From NCBI GenBank assembly GCA_963826525.1, contig CAWGXH010000005.1, positions 295,933 to 359,932 of the forward strand: 64,000 bases of DNA, given 5' to 3'. Source of the stretch: an uncultured Methanomicrobiaceae archaeon. Its GTDB lineage: Archaea; Halobacteriota; Methanomicrobia; Methanomicrobiales; Methanoculleaceae. Shown here piece by piece: positions 20,397-33,507 of the stretch (position 1 is the first letter of the stretch; each line of letters begins with the position of its first letter). The notes under the pieces were generated by a model. It made no database searches, was not told where the DNA came from, and saw only the letters and a program-made list of their open reading frames with translations. The translations under genes and the position numbers were made by a program.

Positions 20397-22097
20397 ATGG
20401 TTGAGGGCAGTTACGCGTGTGGAAGTTCCGATATCCTCCTGCAGGGTATCACCATAGGAGAGATGCTGAACAGGATTGCGACACGGTATCCTGAGAACGA
20501 GGCTATCGTCTCGGTTCATCAGGATATCCGGTGGACGTATGCGGGTTTTCTCGACCGCGTGAACAGCCTTGCACGCGCGCTCATGGCCATCGGCGTCGAG
20601 CGCGGGGACCGTGTCGGCATCTGGTCGCTCAACTATGCCGAGTGGGTGCTCACCCAGTTTGCCACCGCCAAGATTGGCGCGATCATGGTGAACATCAACC
20701 CCGCCTACCGGACGTACGAGTTCGAGTACGCCGTCAAGCAGTCCGAGGTGCAGACGCTCCTCATCCAGGGGCGGTTCAAGACCTCCGACTACGTCGGGAT
20801 GTTCTACGAAGCGTGCCCCGAGGCGTTCGAAGGCACACCTGGTCGGATTAACAGCGATACGTTCCCGTTCTTAAAGAACGTCGTCTTCATCGGCGATATC
20901 CCCTATAACGGCATGTTCACCTGGGACGAACTCCTCGAGAAGGGAGAGGCGATCAGCCCGAACGAACTTGCCGAGCGTGAGGAGTCGCTCGGGTTCGACG
21001 ATGCGATCAATATCCAGTACACCAGCGGCACGACCGGGTTTCCGAAAGGCGTCGTGCTGACGCACCACAATATCCTCAACAACGGCTACATCATCGGGGA
21101 GGGGATGAAGTTCACCGAGGCGGACCGGCTCTGTATCCCGGTGCCCTTCTACCACTGCTTCGGGATGGTGCTCTCGAATATGGCCTGCGTCACGCACGGT
21201 TCGACGATGGTGCTCCCGTCCCCCGTCTTCAACGCCGAGGCCGTCCTCCAGACGATCCAGGACGAGAAGTGCACGGCCGTCCACGGTGTCCCGACGATGT
21301 TCATCGCCGAGCTCTCGCACCCGGATTTCCCGTCGTTCCGGCTCGAGTCGCTCCGGACGGGGATTATGGCCGGGTCTCCCTGCCCGATCGAGGTGATGAA
21401 GGAGGTCAATAAGAAGATGAACATGTCCGATATCGTCATCGTCTACGGGCAGACCGAGACATCTCCCGGCGTCACCATGACGACGACGGTCGACCCGCTC
21501 GAGCGGCGCGTCTCCACGGTGGGAAGGCCGTTCCCCCACACGGAGATCAAGATCGTCGACCCGAACACGAAGAAGGTCGTCCCCCGCGGCGAGACCGGGG
21601 AGATCTGCGCCCGGGGCTACTGCGTCATGCGCTGCTACTACAACAACCCAAGCGCCACCCACGCCACCATCGACGATAACGGCTGGAACCACACCGGCGA
21701 CCTCGGGACCATGGACGACGAGGACTACATCCGGATCGTCGGCCGCCTGAAGGATATGGTCATCCGCGGCGGCGAGAATATCTACCCCCGCGAGATCGAG
21801 GAGTTCCTCCACAACCACCCGGCAATCGCCGACGTCTACGTCATCGGTGTGCCGGACCAGAAGTACGGCGAAGAACTGATGGCCTGGATCAAGGTGGAAG
21901 GCGGGGCGACCCTGACCGACGACGCGGTGAAGGAGTTCTGCCGCGGCAAGATTGCGCATTTCAAGATCCCGCGCTACTACAAATACGTCGACGACTTCCC
22001 GATGACCATCTCCGGCAAGATCCAGAAGTTCAAGATGCGGGAGCAGGCGATCGAGGAACTCGGTCTCGAATGCGCCTCGAAGATCGAGACGGCGTGA
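20397..22097 (+). CDS. AMP-binding acyl-CoA synthetase
   Basis: [44 protein letters not shown]. Confidence 0.93.
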   Translation: MVEGSYACGSSDILLQGITIGEMLNRIATRYPENEAIVSVHQDIRWTYAGFLDRVNSLARALMAIGVERGDRVGIWSLNYAEWVLTQFATAKIGAIMVNINPAYRTYEFEYAVKQSEVQTLLIQGRFKTSDYVGMFYEACPEAFEGTPGRINSDTFPFLKNVVFIGDIPYNGMFTWDELLEKGEAISPNELAEREESLGFDDAINIQYTSGTTGFPKGVVLTHHNILNNGYIIGEGMKFTEADRLCIPVPFYHCFGMVLSNMACVTHGSTMVLPSPVFNAEAVLQTIQDEKCTAVHGVPTMFIAELSHPDFPSFRLESLRTGIMAGSPCPIEVMKEVNKKMNMSDIVIVYGQTETSPGVTMTTTVDPLERRVSTVGRPFPHTEIKIVDPNTKKVVPRGETGEICARGYCVMRCYYNNPSATHATIDDNGWNHTGDLGTMDDEDYIRIVGRLKDMVIRGGENIYPREIEEFLHNHPAIADVYVIGVPDQKYGEELMAWIKVEGGATLTDDAVKEFCRGKIAHFKIPRYYKYVDDFPMTISGKIQKFKMREQAIEELGLECASKIETA

Positions 22098-22124
22098 CGA
22101 TTCATCCGGAACCTTTTTTTCAGC

Positions 22125-22968
22125 ATGGACGGCGCTGCCCTTCTTCAGGAGATCGAAGCGATTCTCGCCGATCCGACCGTAAACCGGCTCGCCCCGGATT
22201 GCCCGGAACCGGCATGGGCCAGCCCGCTCATCGGCGTCTCCCGGGGCGACGACTCGCTCTACCGGGAATTTGCGGAAAGTATCGGCCCGTTCTACTGGAC
22301 GCCCCTCGAGGCGTTCCGCACTGCGTTCCCCGAGAGCGACAGCACGGCTGCCGATCTTGCCGTCATCGTCTGGGCGCTGCCGCAGACCGGAGCGACGCGG
22401 CGGGACCACCGGGCGTCGGGAGAACTCCCCGCACGCCGCTGGAGCCTCTCTCGCCACTACGGGGAGCAGGTGAATGACCATATCCGGGACCATCTTGCCT
22501 CCCTGCTCACCGGAGCCGGTTACCCGGCCGTCGCGCCCGTCAGGCTCCCTGCGTGGCGGCGTGAGGAATCGGAGAGATTCGGGCTTTCTTCCCGCTGGTC
22601 GGAGCGGCACGCCGCCTACGCATCAGGTCTCGGCACCTTCGGTCTCTGCGACGGCCTTATTACGGAGCGGGGTAAGGCGGTGCGCCTCGGGTCGGTCATC
22701 GCCAGGATTGATCTATCCGCCACGCCGCGGCCGTACACCGGCCGCACCGCGGTACTGTCTCCATACTGCCGGGTGTACCGCCTGCATCCGCCGCTGTCCT
22801 GCGGGAGCGATCTCCGCGGAAGGGCACGACAAAGAGCGGTGTTACGAGTACATCCGGCAGGTGGCGATGCCCTTCGTCGAGAGTGATATCGGCCTCGGGG
22901 TCTCAAGCTGCGGCCTCTGCCAGGCCGGTGTGCCCTGCGAAGCACAACGACCCCGCCGTCCCGGATAA
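22125..22968 (+). CDS. Epoxyqueuosine reductase/reductive dehalogenase-like 4Fe-4S protein (frameshift near 22745)
   Basis: WSERHAAYASGLGTFGL, RLGSVI, then YC...CTACIRRCP...C...CGLCQAGVPC. Confidence 0.8.
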
Positions 22969-22975
22969 AAAAAAA
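22967..22975 (-). terminator. Archaeal T-tract terminator (T9 on minus strand) after the deaminase
   Basis: A9 run a few bases beyond the stop at 22979. Confidence 0.5.
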
Positions 22976-22978
22976 GGT

Positions 22979-24305
22979 TTACGAGGCGTCCTCGGACCGG
23001 CGAACCAGCGCCGCAGCCGCTTCCGCGGCTCCTTTCAGGATTGCGGCCTCGCCGGGGACGACACGGTCGTACATGACGAACCTGCCGCCGCAGAGGACGG
23101 TATGCACCGCTCCCCCGTTACAGGCATAGGCTATATTCGAGTCGGCGTTGTGGAGCGGCGTTGCGCACGCCTTCCGGCGGTCGACGAGCACGATATCGGC
23201 AGGTGCTCCGACGGTCAGGGTCCCGGGGCCGATGCCGAGCGCCCGTGCCCCTCCCGCCGTTGCGACCCGGATCGCCTCGTTCTGCAGGGAGCAGTGTCTG
23301 GGAGTTCCAGGCGAACTTCTGCAGCAGTGCTGCAAACTTCACCTCCTCGAGCATATCCAGGTTGTTGTTCGAGGCGCAGCCGTCGGTTCCGAGGCAGACG
23401 TTCGCCCCGGACTCCCGGAGGTGGTGGTAGGGCATGGCACGCCCGACGGCGAGCTTCATGTTGCTTGCAGGGTTGTGGGAGGCGTTGACGCCCCGCTCCG
23501 CAAAGAGCCGGCAGTCGGCCTCGTCGAGCCAGCAGCAGTGTGCGGCGACCGTCCGCGGCGTTAAGCAGCCGCATTCGTCGAGGAGCACGGGAGGGCGTTT
23601 GCCGTGCTGCGCCACACAGTCGACGACCTCTTGCTCGGTCTCGCTGACGTGGATGTGGATGCCGATCTCCTGCTCGCGAGCGTAGTCGGCACACCAGCGG
23701 AGCCCTTCCGGCGAAACGGTGTAGACCGCGTGCGGCCCGACCGCAGCCCTGAGCCGCGGGTTCTTCTGCCCCTTGATGTGGGAGACGAGCGCTTTGGTCG
23801 CTCGTATCTCGGTCTCGCGCTTCTCCTCCATCGCTAGATCGATGAACCCGTGGGCGAAGGTGCCCCGGATTCCCATCTCGTCGGTCGCCTCGGCGGCCCG
23901 GTCCATGAAGAAGTACATGTCGTTGAAGGCGGTCGTGCCCGTGCGGATCATCTCAAGGCACGCGAGCTTCGTGCCCCAGTAGACGTCGTCGCCGGTCAGG
24001 TGCGCTTCGAGCGGCCAGATCTTCTGCGTCAGCCACTCCTGGAGCGGCATATCGTCGGCATACCCGCGGAGCAGCGTCATCGCCGCGTGGGTGTGGGTGT
24101 TCACGAGCCCCGGGATGGCAATGCTCTCGGAGCCGTCGACTGCGATATCGACATCGACGACATCCCGTACGCCGTTCTTCTCGTCGATCCCGACGATCGT
24201 TCCCGTCTCGTCGATCGCAATATCCACCCGCTTTCCGCCGACCAGAACGTCGGTGATGAGGATCGAACCCTCCTTCTCAAAGATGTCGTCGATAATCTCC
24301 TTCAT
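22979..24305 (-). CDS. dadD: 5'-deoxyadenosine / MTA-SAH deaminase (amidohydrolase), frameshift near 23285
   Basis: PGLVNTHTHAAMTLLRG, GPHAVYT, HIHVSET, HNPASNMKL, LGTDGCASNN. Adjacent to an MTAP-family gene. Confidence 0.8.
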
Positions 24306-24973
24306 GTCAATCGCTCCACAATTTTCTCGAGGATCTCTTCGGTCCTTCCGCAGTACGCCCGCGAGGTCGCGAGGATGTGTTCGTAGGTGAGGAGTTCCTC
24401 ACCGATGCCGTGCGCGTAGTTGTCCACCGTGCAGACGGCGGCATACCGCATGCCGAGCTCGAGAGCGAGCGTCGCCTCGCTCGCCACCGTCATGCCGACG
24501 ATGTCGGCAACCTTTGCAAGTGCTTTGACTTCGGCTACCGTCTCGATGCGCGGGCCGCGTGTCTGGACGTATATCCCGCCGTTCTGCGCCTGCGGCACCA
24601 GTTCGCAGAGCGTCCCGCTGAGTTCCGCATCCAGTTCCGGCCGGATATGTTCGATCCGGTAGTCGTGGATCGAGGGTATATCAGTTATGCTCAGGTAGTC
24701 GGACGGGACCATCACCGATCCCGGCGTGATGGCGGGCTTGAGCGACCCGGCGGAGCCGAAGGCGACGATCCGGTCCACCCCGAGGATGGCGAGCGCCGCG
24801 AGGCAGGCACGGTAGTTGATGCGGTGCGGGGGAAGGCCGAACTGGTGGCGCATGAGGAGCGCGAACTCTCCCGTATACACTTCGGCACGCCCGAACGGCG
24901 TGCTGACCGTCTCTTTTTCAAGCGGCGGCAGGTCGGCGAAGAGCAGGCTCGTTCCGCCGATGATCCCGAGCAT
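24302..24973 (-). CDS. MTAP-family purine nucleoside phosphorylase (methylthioinosine phosphorylase-like)
   Basis: GIIGGT, TPFG, RH...PPHRINYRA, GPRIET, VGMT, VDNYA. Confidence 0.9.
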   Translation of the reverse strand: MLGIIGGTSLLFADLPPLEKETVSTPFGRAEVYTGEFALLMRHQFGLPPHRINYRACLAALAILGVDRIVAFGSAGSLKPAITPGSVMVPSDYLSITDIPSIHDYRIEHIRPELDAELSGTLCELVPQAQNGGIYVQTRGPRIETVAEVKALAKVADIVGMTVASEATLALELGMRYAAVCTVDNYAHGIGEELLTYEHILATSRAYCGRTEEILEKIVERLT

Positions 24974-25146
24974 CAGCGGTATCCTCCGTTCACGCAGTCC
25001 ATCGGCGAATCTCCGGGTTCATGCGCCCTTCCGTGCTTCATCTGTGTACCGGTTGCCCGTGCAGGCTCAAAAACCAATCTATCCGGCTCCTGGCGCGGCG
25101 GACTGCTCCAGCAGGCATAAGCCCCGGGAGCGACCACGCTAGTACG

Positions 25147-26268
25147 ATGGGCAGATTTTTGACCGTTGATGACGACGCGATCCGTGAAGGGCGCTGTACC
25201 GACGTCTATTTTGAGCGGATCACCGATGTCCTTGCGAAAGACGAGATCAACCCGGAGGTCGTCATGGAGGTCGGCGCACCGGCTCTCCCGGACGGGTGGG
25301 CGGTCTTCTGCGGCCTCGCCGACGTCCTCTCGCTCCTCGAAGGGCTCGACCTCGACGTCGCTGCGATGCCGGAGGGCTCGGTCTTCTTCCCCGGCGAGCC
25401 GGTGCTCCGCATTACCGGGAGCTATCGCACCTTCGCCGCGTACGAGACGGCGATCCTCGGGTTCCTCTGTCATGCATCCGGGGTCGCCTCGGCAGCGGCG
25501 CATATCCGCATGGCCGCCGGCGGTCGCCCGGTCTACTCCTTCGGGTCGCGCCGCCAGCACCCCGCGATCGCCGCGATGATCGAGCGTGCCGCCTGGATAG
25601 GCGGGGTCGACGGCGTCTCGAACACCTGTGCTCCGGAGGGTATCCCCCTCGCCGGAACGATGCCGCACGCGTTCGTCATGTGCTACCCGCGGCAGGAGGA
25701 TGCCTGGACGGCCTTCGACCGCCACGCGCCGCCGTCCGTCCCGCGGATCATGCTCTGCGATACCTTCGACGACGAGAAGTCGGAGGCGGTCAGGGCGGCG
25801 AAGCTCGGCTGCGCTGCGGTCAGGCTCGACACGCCGCGCTCCCGGCGGGGCGATATGCGCTCGATCATCGAGGAGGTGCGCTGGGAGCTCGACGCCCGCG
25901 GCTACGGGGACGTCCGGATCTTCCTCTCCGGCGGCGTCACGCGCGAGGACATCCTCGCCTACCGCGATATCGTCGATGCCTTCGGGGTCGGCGGCGCGAT
26001 CGCGAACGCGCCCGTGATCGACTTCTCGATGGATATCGTGGAGATAGACGGCAGAATATGCGCAAAACGCGGAAAGCGCAGCGGTTCAAAGCAGGTCTAC
26101 GACCTCCCGTCCGGCAAGCATCTCGTGCGCCCCGCCCGCGAGCCCGCTCCCGACGGCGCAACGCCGCTCCTCGTTCCCTGCATCGAAAGCGGCCGCATCG
26201 TGCGGGACTCCGGACATACGGAGGCACGGGAGCGGGTTTTATCCCGTCTCTCCCGGCTGACGGCGTGA
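25147..26268 (+). CDS. Nicotinate phosphoribosyltransferase
   Basis: TDVYF, YETAILG, SFGSRR, GTMPHA, VRLDTP, SGG, FGVG, AKRGK. Confidence 0.9.
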   Translation: MGRFLTVDDDAIREGRCTDVYFERITDVLAKDEINPEVVMEVGAPALPDGWAVFCGLADVLSLLEGLDLDVAAMPEGSVFFPGEPVLRITGSYRTFAAYETAILGFLCHASGVASAAAHIRMAAGGRPVYSFGSRRQHPAIAAMIERAAWIGGVDGVSNTCAPEGIPLAGTMPHAFVMCYPRQEDAWTAFDRHAPPSVPRIMLCDTFDDEKSEAVRAAKLGCAAVRLDTPRSRRGDMRSIIEEVRWELDARGYGDVRIFLSGGVTREDILAYRDIVDAFGVGGAIANAPVIDFSMDIVEIDGRICAKRGKRSGSKQVYDLPSGKHLVRPAREPAPDGATPLLVPCIESGRIVRDSGHTEARERVLSRLSRLTA

Positions 26269-26297
26269 AGGGCGGTGAAAATCAGAAACGAATCATT

Positions 26298-26585
26298 TTA
26301 TCTGATAGAGGACAACATTGTAGGGTAACAGCAGCGGGCCGATAGATCAGGGGAAGATCGCTTCCTTGGCATGGAAGAGGCCGCGGGTTCAATTCCCGCT
26401 CGGTCCATCCTTTTTCGTGATAGAAAAAATATCACAGGCTGTATTCCGGAAATAGCATCTCTGGTTAGCGCATCGAGGAATCGGCTGGCGTTTCCGACGC
26501 GGTTTTTCAGAAAGTCGTGGACTTCCGGGGAGACGGTGATGTTGAGCCGTCGCCGGATACGGTTTTCGTGCGGTTCGTTTGTCAT
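26298..26585 (-). mobile_element. Probable N-terminal fragment (intN) of an SSV1/pTN3-type tyrosine integrase reading antisense through tRNA-Ala
   Basis: RHH-like RRRLNITVSPEVHDFLKNRVGNASRFLDAL is in frame with the antisense tRNA translation MDRAGIEPAASSMP. Confidence 0.6.
26336..26407 (+). tRNA. tRNA-Ala(GGC)
   Basis: Cloverleaf with CTTCC-TT-GGC-AT-GGAAG anticodon arm and the G3:U70 Ala identity pair. Confidence 0.95.
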
Positions 26586-26727
26586 TTTCTCTTTCTCTTG
26601 CTTTCTGTTTGCGGTGTGCGTACACTTACACCTCCGTACGGACACTCCGGTGATCATGCGTAGGCGGCGGGAGGTCTTAGGGAGGGAGTAACATACGTTG
26701 CGGGAGTACCGGAGGGAGACTGGACGT

Positions 26728-26964
26728 TCATTCCCTGACTTTGGCAGTGAGGGTGTATTCCAAGAGTCCTTCTTCGGTGGGAATCTCCTCGCCCTTCTCC
26801 TGGAGATCCTCAAGGTAGATCCCGATGGCCTCCCGTGCCATTGTTATTGCTTCATCGACGGTCTCCCCGAAGGTGACGCGAGCACGGGCAAGCGTCGGCA
26901 CAGTGACGGTATACCCGCCTTCCGGCTCCTTACGGAGGAGGATACGGTAATGCAGATGCCTCAT
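26728..26964 (-). CDS. hicB: HicB-family antitoxin
   Basis: YRILLRKEPEGGYTVTVPTL...TFGETVDEAITMAREAI...EEIP. Confidence 0.85.
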   Translation of the reverse strand: MRHLHYRILLRKEPEGGYTVTVPTLARARVTFGETVDEAITMAREAIGIYLEDLQEKGEEIPTEEGLLEYTLTAKVRE

Positions 26965-27231
26965 CTCATCGCACCCCTGCTCGTGATCATACATTACCCG
27001 ATGAGCGATAAATGATGTCCGTGCGGGTGTCACCCTCTCGGTGATACCTCACGATGAACGCTTTCGTAGATATGAAAGGGAGTTTGAGATGCGGTGTTTG
27101 AGATCTGCCGGCGAAAACCCGAAAGCAGCACACTTCCGGACACCTTCCACGACGTCGTTCCGGCACTCTATTCCGGGTTGGCCTATTGGATTCTGGAAAG
27201 ATTGATGTTACCCTGTGGTGTATTATGGTGT

Positions 27232-27474
27232 ATGGCAGTGGAAGCTACAATCAAGGTGACTCCGGACGTAAAGCAGAGGCTGGATGCGTTGAAAAAATAC
27301 CCCCGGGAGACGTACAACGACGTGATCGACCGCCTTACCCGGGACGCCCTGGAGGAGGCTGCGGAGGAGCTGACGGATGAGGATATCCGCGACATCGAAG
27401 AAGCAATTCAGGATATCAAGGCCGGGAGAGTCTATACCACGGATGAGCTGAAAAGAGAACTCGGGATTGATTAG
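27232..27474 (+). CDS. Antitoxin (RelB-like/RHH) of a type II TA pair
   Basis: TIKVTPDVKQRLDALK...ETYNDVIDRL...DIKAGRVYTTDELKRELG, directly upstream of RelE. Confidence 0.8.
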   Translation: MAVEATIKVTPDVKQRLDALKKYPRETYNDVIDRLTRDALEEAAEELTDEDIRDIEEAIQDIKAGRVYTTDELKRELGID

Positions 27475-27732
27475 ATGCCCTATACGGTGATCTGGACTGA
27501 AAAGGCGCTCAAAAATCTGAAACAACTTCCCCGCGAAACCGCTGCGAGGATCATCGCAGCGGTCGAGAAGATCCGTGACAATCCTCACGAGCACCTGCAG
27601 CACCTGCAGGGGTCTCCTTACTTCAAGTTGCGGGTGGGCAACTATCGTGCCGTCCTGGACCTGCGAAAGAAGGCTCTGATTGTGTACGTCATCAAGGTCG
27701 GGAAGCGAGAGAATATTTACGACACTATCTAA
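27475..27732 (+). CDS. relE: RelE/ParE family toxin
   Basis: YTVIWTEKALKNLKQL...YFKLRVGNYRAV...VIKVGKRENIY. Confidence 0.9.
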   Translation: MPYTVIWTEKALKNLKQLPRETAARIIAAVEKIRDNPHEHLQHLQGSPYFKLRVGNYRAVLDLRKKALIVYVIKVGKRENIYDTI

Positions 27733-27944
27733 AGACCTCCTCTCGCATATGGTGGAGCAGGAGAAGAAACGCCGGTTCATCGAGGATATGAACTGCATCG
27801 AGGCTGAAGGGGATTTCGTGGAGCTTGACTTTGACGTTCCGGATACCGGTTGACTGCAAGGTCCTTGAGGGTATCCGGAGCCTCAGCCAAAAGAGCCGGC
27901 AGATTCATGATACACTACGGTAGCCGGAGAGGCGACGTTTCTAT

Positions 27945-28103
27945 TCAACCCGGCTGATCGTCATCTTCCTCATCGCACTCGAGGATGAACGCTCCCTGGT
28001 ACCCGCACTGTCGACAGTAGTACAGCGTCGCATACAGGCCGCGGGCATCCCAGTAAACATCGGTACTCCGGCAGATCGGGCAGCGTATGATCTTTCGCGT
28101 CAT
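27945..28103 (-). CDS. 52-aa zinc-ribbon microprotein (not in ORF track)
   Basis: MTRKIIRCPICRSTDVYWDARGLYATLYYCRQCGYQGAFILECDEEDDDQPG*, with a GGAGTGA RBS. Confidence 0.75.
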   Translation of the reverse strand: MTRKIIRCPICRSTDVYWDARGLYATLYYCRQCGYQGAFILECDEEDDDQPG

Positions 28104-28278
28104 TCACGCATCACTCCGAAAAGGCAGGCGTCGGCCACGCACTATGAAGGGGAAGGAGGGGAGACTATTCAAAGGTTGTGGATTCTATCAGGCTCTCGCA
28201 TCGGGAACTGAGGCAGGGGCTTCGACGATACGGGCGTGCTCATCCTGATGCACGAGCGGGTTGAACGCATTAACAAAG

Positions 28279-28626
28279 TTACTCACGCTTATATTTTCCA
28301 TAGGCATTCGTCCAGGTATCGGCTATCTTGAGAAATGCAGGATACCCATTCTGTTTGATGAACAGAGTCGCCTCCTGATACTTTTTGTATTTATACCCCT
28401 TTTTACCGTAGAACTCGTTAATTATCTGGCATGTGAGGAGATCTGGACAATCGGCGCAAGAAGTATACCCCTTTGTAATACAGCATACCTTTATCCTGCA
28501 TCTGGCCTTGCCGATATCCCGCTCTCCGGTATCATATCCGATTTTGCATCCTTTGCAGAGGTGTTCCTCCACTACCCGACATCTCCCGCAGTACGCACCA
28601 CAACAGCCTATTTCCGATAGAGACAT
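28279..28626 (-). CDS. DUF3795 Cys-rich protein
   Basis: GCCGAYCGRC...CKGC...CRIKVCC...SCADC. AT-richer than its flanks. Confidence 0.8.
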   Translation of the reverse strand: MSLSEIGCCGAYCGRCRVVEEHLCKGCKIGYDTGERDIGKARCRIKVCCITKGYTSCADCPDLLTCQIINEFYGKKGYKYKKYQEATLFIKQNGYPAFLKIADTWTNAYGKYKRE

Positions 28627-28932
28627 GCCACCAGATGCTTCGTTTTGTTTGCAATGTATTTTCCGAAACACGATCCGCTCTGCAGGTTTTTGATCACGTT
28701 CTTCCCATCACCGGTTAGCCCTCTAAAGCCTGGTATCTCCGGCCGGAAAGCCGGTTAAACGGCAGCATGCGATCGCTCAGCCGCCGCCTGCATCGCACCC
28801 GCGAGAGCACCCTGCAGACGATAGTCCGTTCGTGATAGCACGGCACACAGCCCGGCCAGGTATTATTAAGTACTTCCGCTCGATACATCCCCGAACGGAG
28901 GCGAGAAGATCGATCAGGAGAAAAAGCTCGAA

Positions 28933-30207
28933 ATGGCAGTCAGCGGGACAGGTTGGCCTGGAGCCGGTTGCCGGGGGATTCACCGCGCCCGTCGCGCTTG
29001 CATCCCCGGGCGACGGGAGCGGGCGGCTCTTCGTCGCGGATCAGGTCGGCATCATCCGGATCATCGACGGAGACGGCCGTCTGCTTGATCCGCCCTTCCT
29101 AGACCTCACCGACCGGATCGTCAAACTGCACGGCGGATACGATGAACGCGGACTGCTCGGCATTGCGTTCCACCCGAAGTTCACGGAGAACGGCAGGTTC
29201 TTCGTCTACTACAGCGCCCCGCTCGCAGAAGGGGCGCCTCCTGACTGGGATCACACCAGCCGGATAGCGGAGTTTGCCGTCCGGGTAGACGACAAAAACC
29301 GGGCGGACCCCTACTCCGAGCGGGTGATCCTGGAGGTCGACCAGCCGCAGCTCAATCACAACGGCGGCTCGATCGCCTTTGGCCCGGGCGGCTACCTCTA
29401 CATCCCGCTCGGTGACGGCGGCGGTGGCCGCGACGTCGGTACAGGTCACCCGCCCGGAGGAAACGGGCAGGACATCACCACGCTGCTCGGCAGCATCCTC
29501 CGGATCGATATCGACGGCGAGGAACCCTACGGGATCCCAAAGGACAACCCGTTTGTCGGGAAAGAGGGGCGGGATGAGATCTACGCCTACGGCCTCCGCA
29601 ATCCGTGGCGCACGGCCTTCGATGCCGGAGGCGAAAACCGCCTGTTTTCTGCCGACGCCGGGCAGTACCTCTGGGAATCGGTGAAGATCATCGAAGCGGG
29701 CGGCAATCACGGGTGGAACCTCAAGGAAGGCAACCATGCCTTCGACCCCAGGAATCCCTACCAGTCACCGGAAGACGTGCCGAAGGTCGGCCTCCGCGGC
29801 GAACCCCTGATCGCCCCGATCATCGAGTACCGAACGCCAAACAGCCCGGCGGCATCGGCATGGTCGTTATCGGCGGATACGTCTACCGTGGAAGTAGCAT
29901 CCCTGCGTTTGAAGGATGCTACATCTTCGGCGAATGGAACCGGGCGGGTGCCGACGGCGACGGCATCATCTTCATAGCAACGCCACCGGAGAAGGACAGC
30001 ACAGAAAAAATGTGGGAGTTTGGGGAGGTCGAGGTGGCCGTGAACAGGACGGAGAACCGGACCATCGGAGCTTACGTCCTCGCATTCGGGCAGGACGCGG
30101 AGCGTGAACTCTATGTCCTGACCTCGGAGAACCGGGGGCCGACCGGGGAGACGGGTTGTGTCTACCGGCTGGTTCCGCCGCCGGAACCAGGTAAGCCGGT
30201 ATCCTGA
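28933..30207 (+). CDS. PQQ-dependent glucose/sorbosone dehydrogenase family protein (frameshifts near 28945 and 29832)
   Basis: RLFVADQVG, ERGLLGIAFHP, NHNGG, YAYGLRNPWR, GGNHGW, then IGGYVYRG...FGQDAERELY. Confidence 0.85.
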
Positions 30208-30318
30208 TCAGGCCGCGTCTTCTTCGTCAAAATCCGGAGCGGGTGAAGGAGCGACTCTGCCGCTGCCGAACCGGGCGGCGAGGGGGTGACCGTCCCCCCG
30301 TCCGGGATCACATCGCGA

Positions 30319-32704
<2,386 letters not shown>

Positions 32705-32722
32705 AGTAATCCCAGTTAATTA

Positions 32723-32739
32723 GTTCGTTTTTACCTAAC
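32723..32739. promoter_or_regulatory. Putative MarR operator upstream of lon (GTTCGTT-N3-ACCTAAC)
   Basis: Imperfect copy of the palindrome at 33195, lying between a TTAAAA TATA-like box and the lon start. Confidence 0.65.
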
Positions 32740-32758
32740 TTTTAAGCCAGCAAAAAAA

Positions 32759-33175
32759 TTACCTGACCTTTTTCAGAATTTCAATAAGGAGAGCCATCTC
32801 TTTCTCATCCAACGAGTTCGCCATCCTTTCGATGACCCGACGCAAAGCATTCCGGTCGGCCTGTGCTATCATCTGCCCTTTCTCGGTCAGGCGGATGTAC
32901 ACGATTCTTCCATCGTCAGGAGACTTTTGCCTGTACGCACACTCCATCCGGACAAACCTGTTGACCATCTCCGTGATGGTGGGTTTTGAGGTTCTGGTGA
33001 TCTCGGCAAGTCTGCTGAATGTTACGTCCCCGTTTTCATCAATGACCTTCAGATAGTTGATCTGCTTCACCGTCATATCCGCGAGCCCGCACTCGGAGAA
33101 GATCTGACAAGAGCATTCGTTTTTGATCGTGAGCAAGCGTTCAAAAACGTCGAATAAATGCTCTTTTCTCACCAT
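32759..33175 (-). CDS. MarR family transcriptional regulator
   Basis: MTVKQINYL, TFSRLAE...SKPTITEMVNRF, SPDDGRIVYIRLTEKG. Confidence 0.9.
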   Translation of the reverse strand: MVRKEHLFDVFERLLTIKNECSCQIFSECGLADMTVKQINYLKVIDENGDVTFSRLAEITRTSKPTITEMVNRFVRMECAYRQKSPDDGRIVYIRLTEKGQMIAQADRNALRRVIERMANSLDEKEMALLIEILKKVR

Positions 33176-33194
33176 GGTAACCGATTCTTTGTTA

Positions 33195-33211
33195 GTTAGG
33201 TTTTACCTAAC
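33195..33211. promoter_or_regulatory. Putative MarR autoregulatory operator (GTTAGGT-N3-ACCTAAC)
   Basis: Perfect 7-3-7 palindrome just downstream of a TTTATG TATA-like box. Confidence 0.7.
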
Positions 33212-33507
33212 CATAAAGGTTGTGATCGGGTATCCGCTCGCCACCGTCTGACCCGTGTCGTTGAGGCCTTCGATGCCGGAAAATGCTTCACGGTAAACTC
33301 TATTCTGCTTTCCCGGCCGTCATCCGTCCTTCCGTATTCCACATACCGACGAATAGATCGAGGCGCCTGTGTCCGGGATTCGGCTTCTCTAGGGTGCTCT
33401 TTGTCATAATGGCCATTCCTTTCCGCGATCTGCACGATACGCCCGCAACCATCAGATCCGAGCAACGTGCCGGAAAAACGGGTGATTCCGGGTTTTCAGC
33501 CGCTTAT

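Noticed and set aside
20871-22610. Long antisense ORFs (also 31184..32683, 36963..38552, 45541..46887)
   Set aside because: Shadow frames of GC-rich real genes with no family motifs.
26590-26730. hicA toxin gene
   Set aside because: No GSH motif or intact HicA-like frame is visible.
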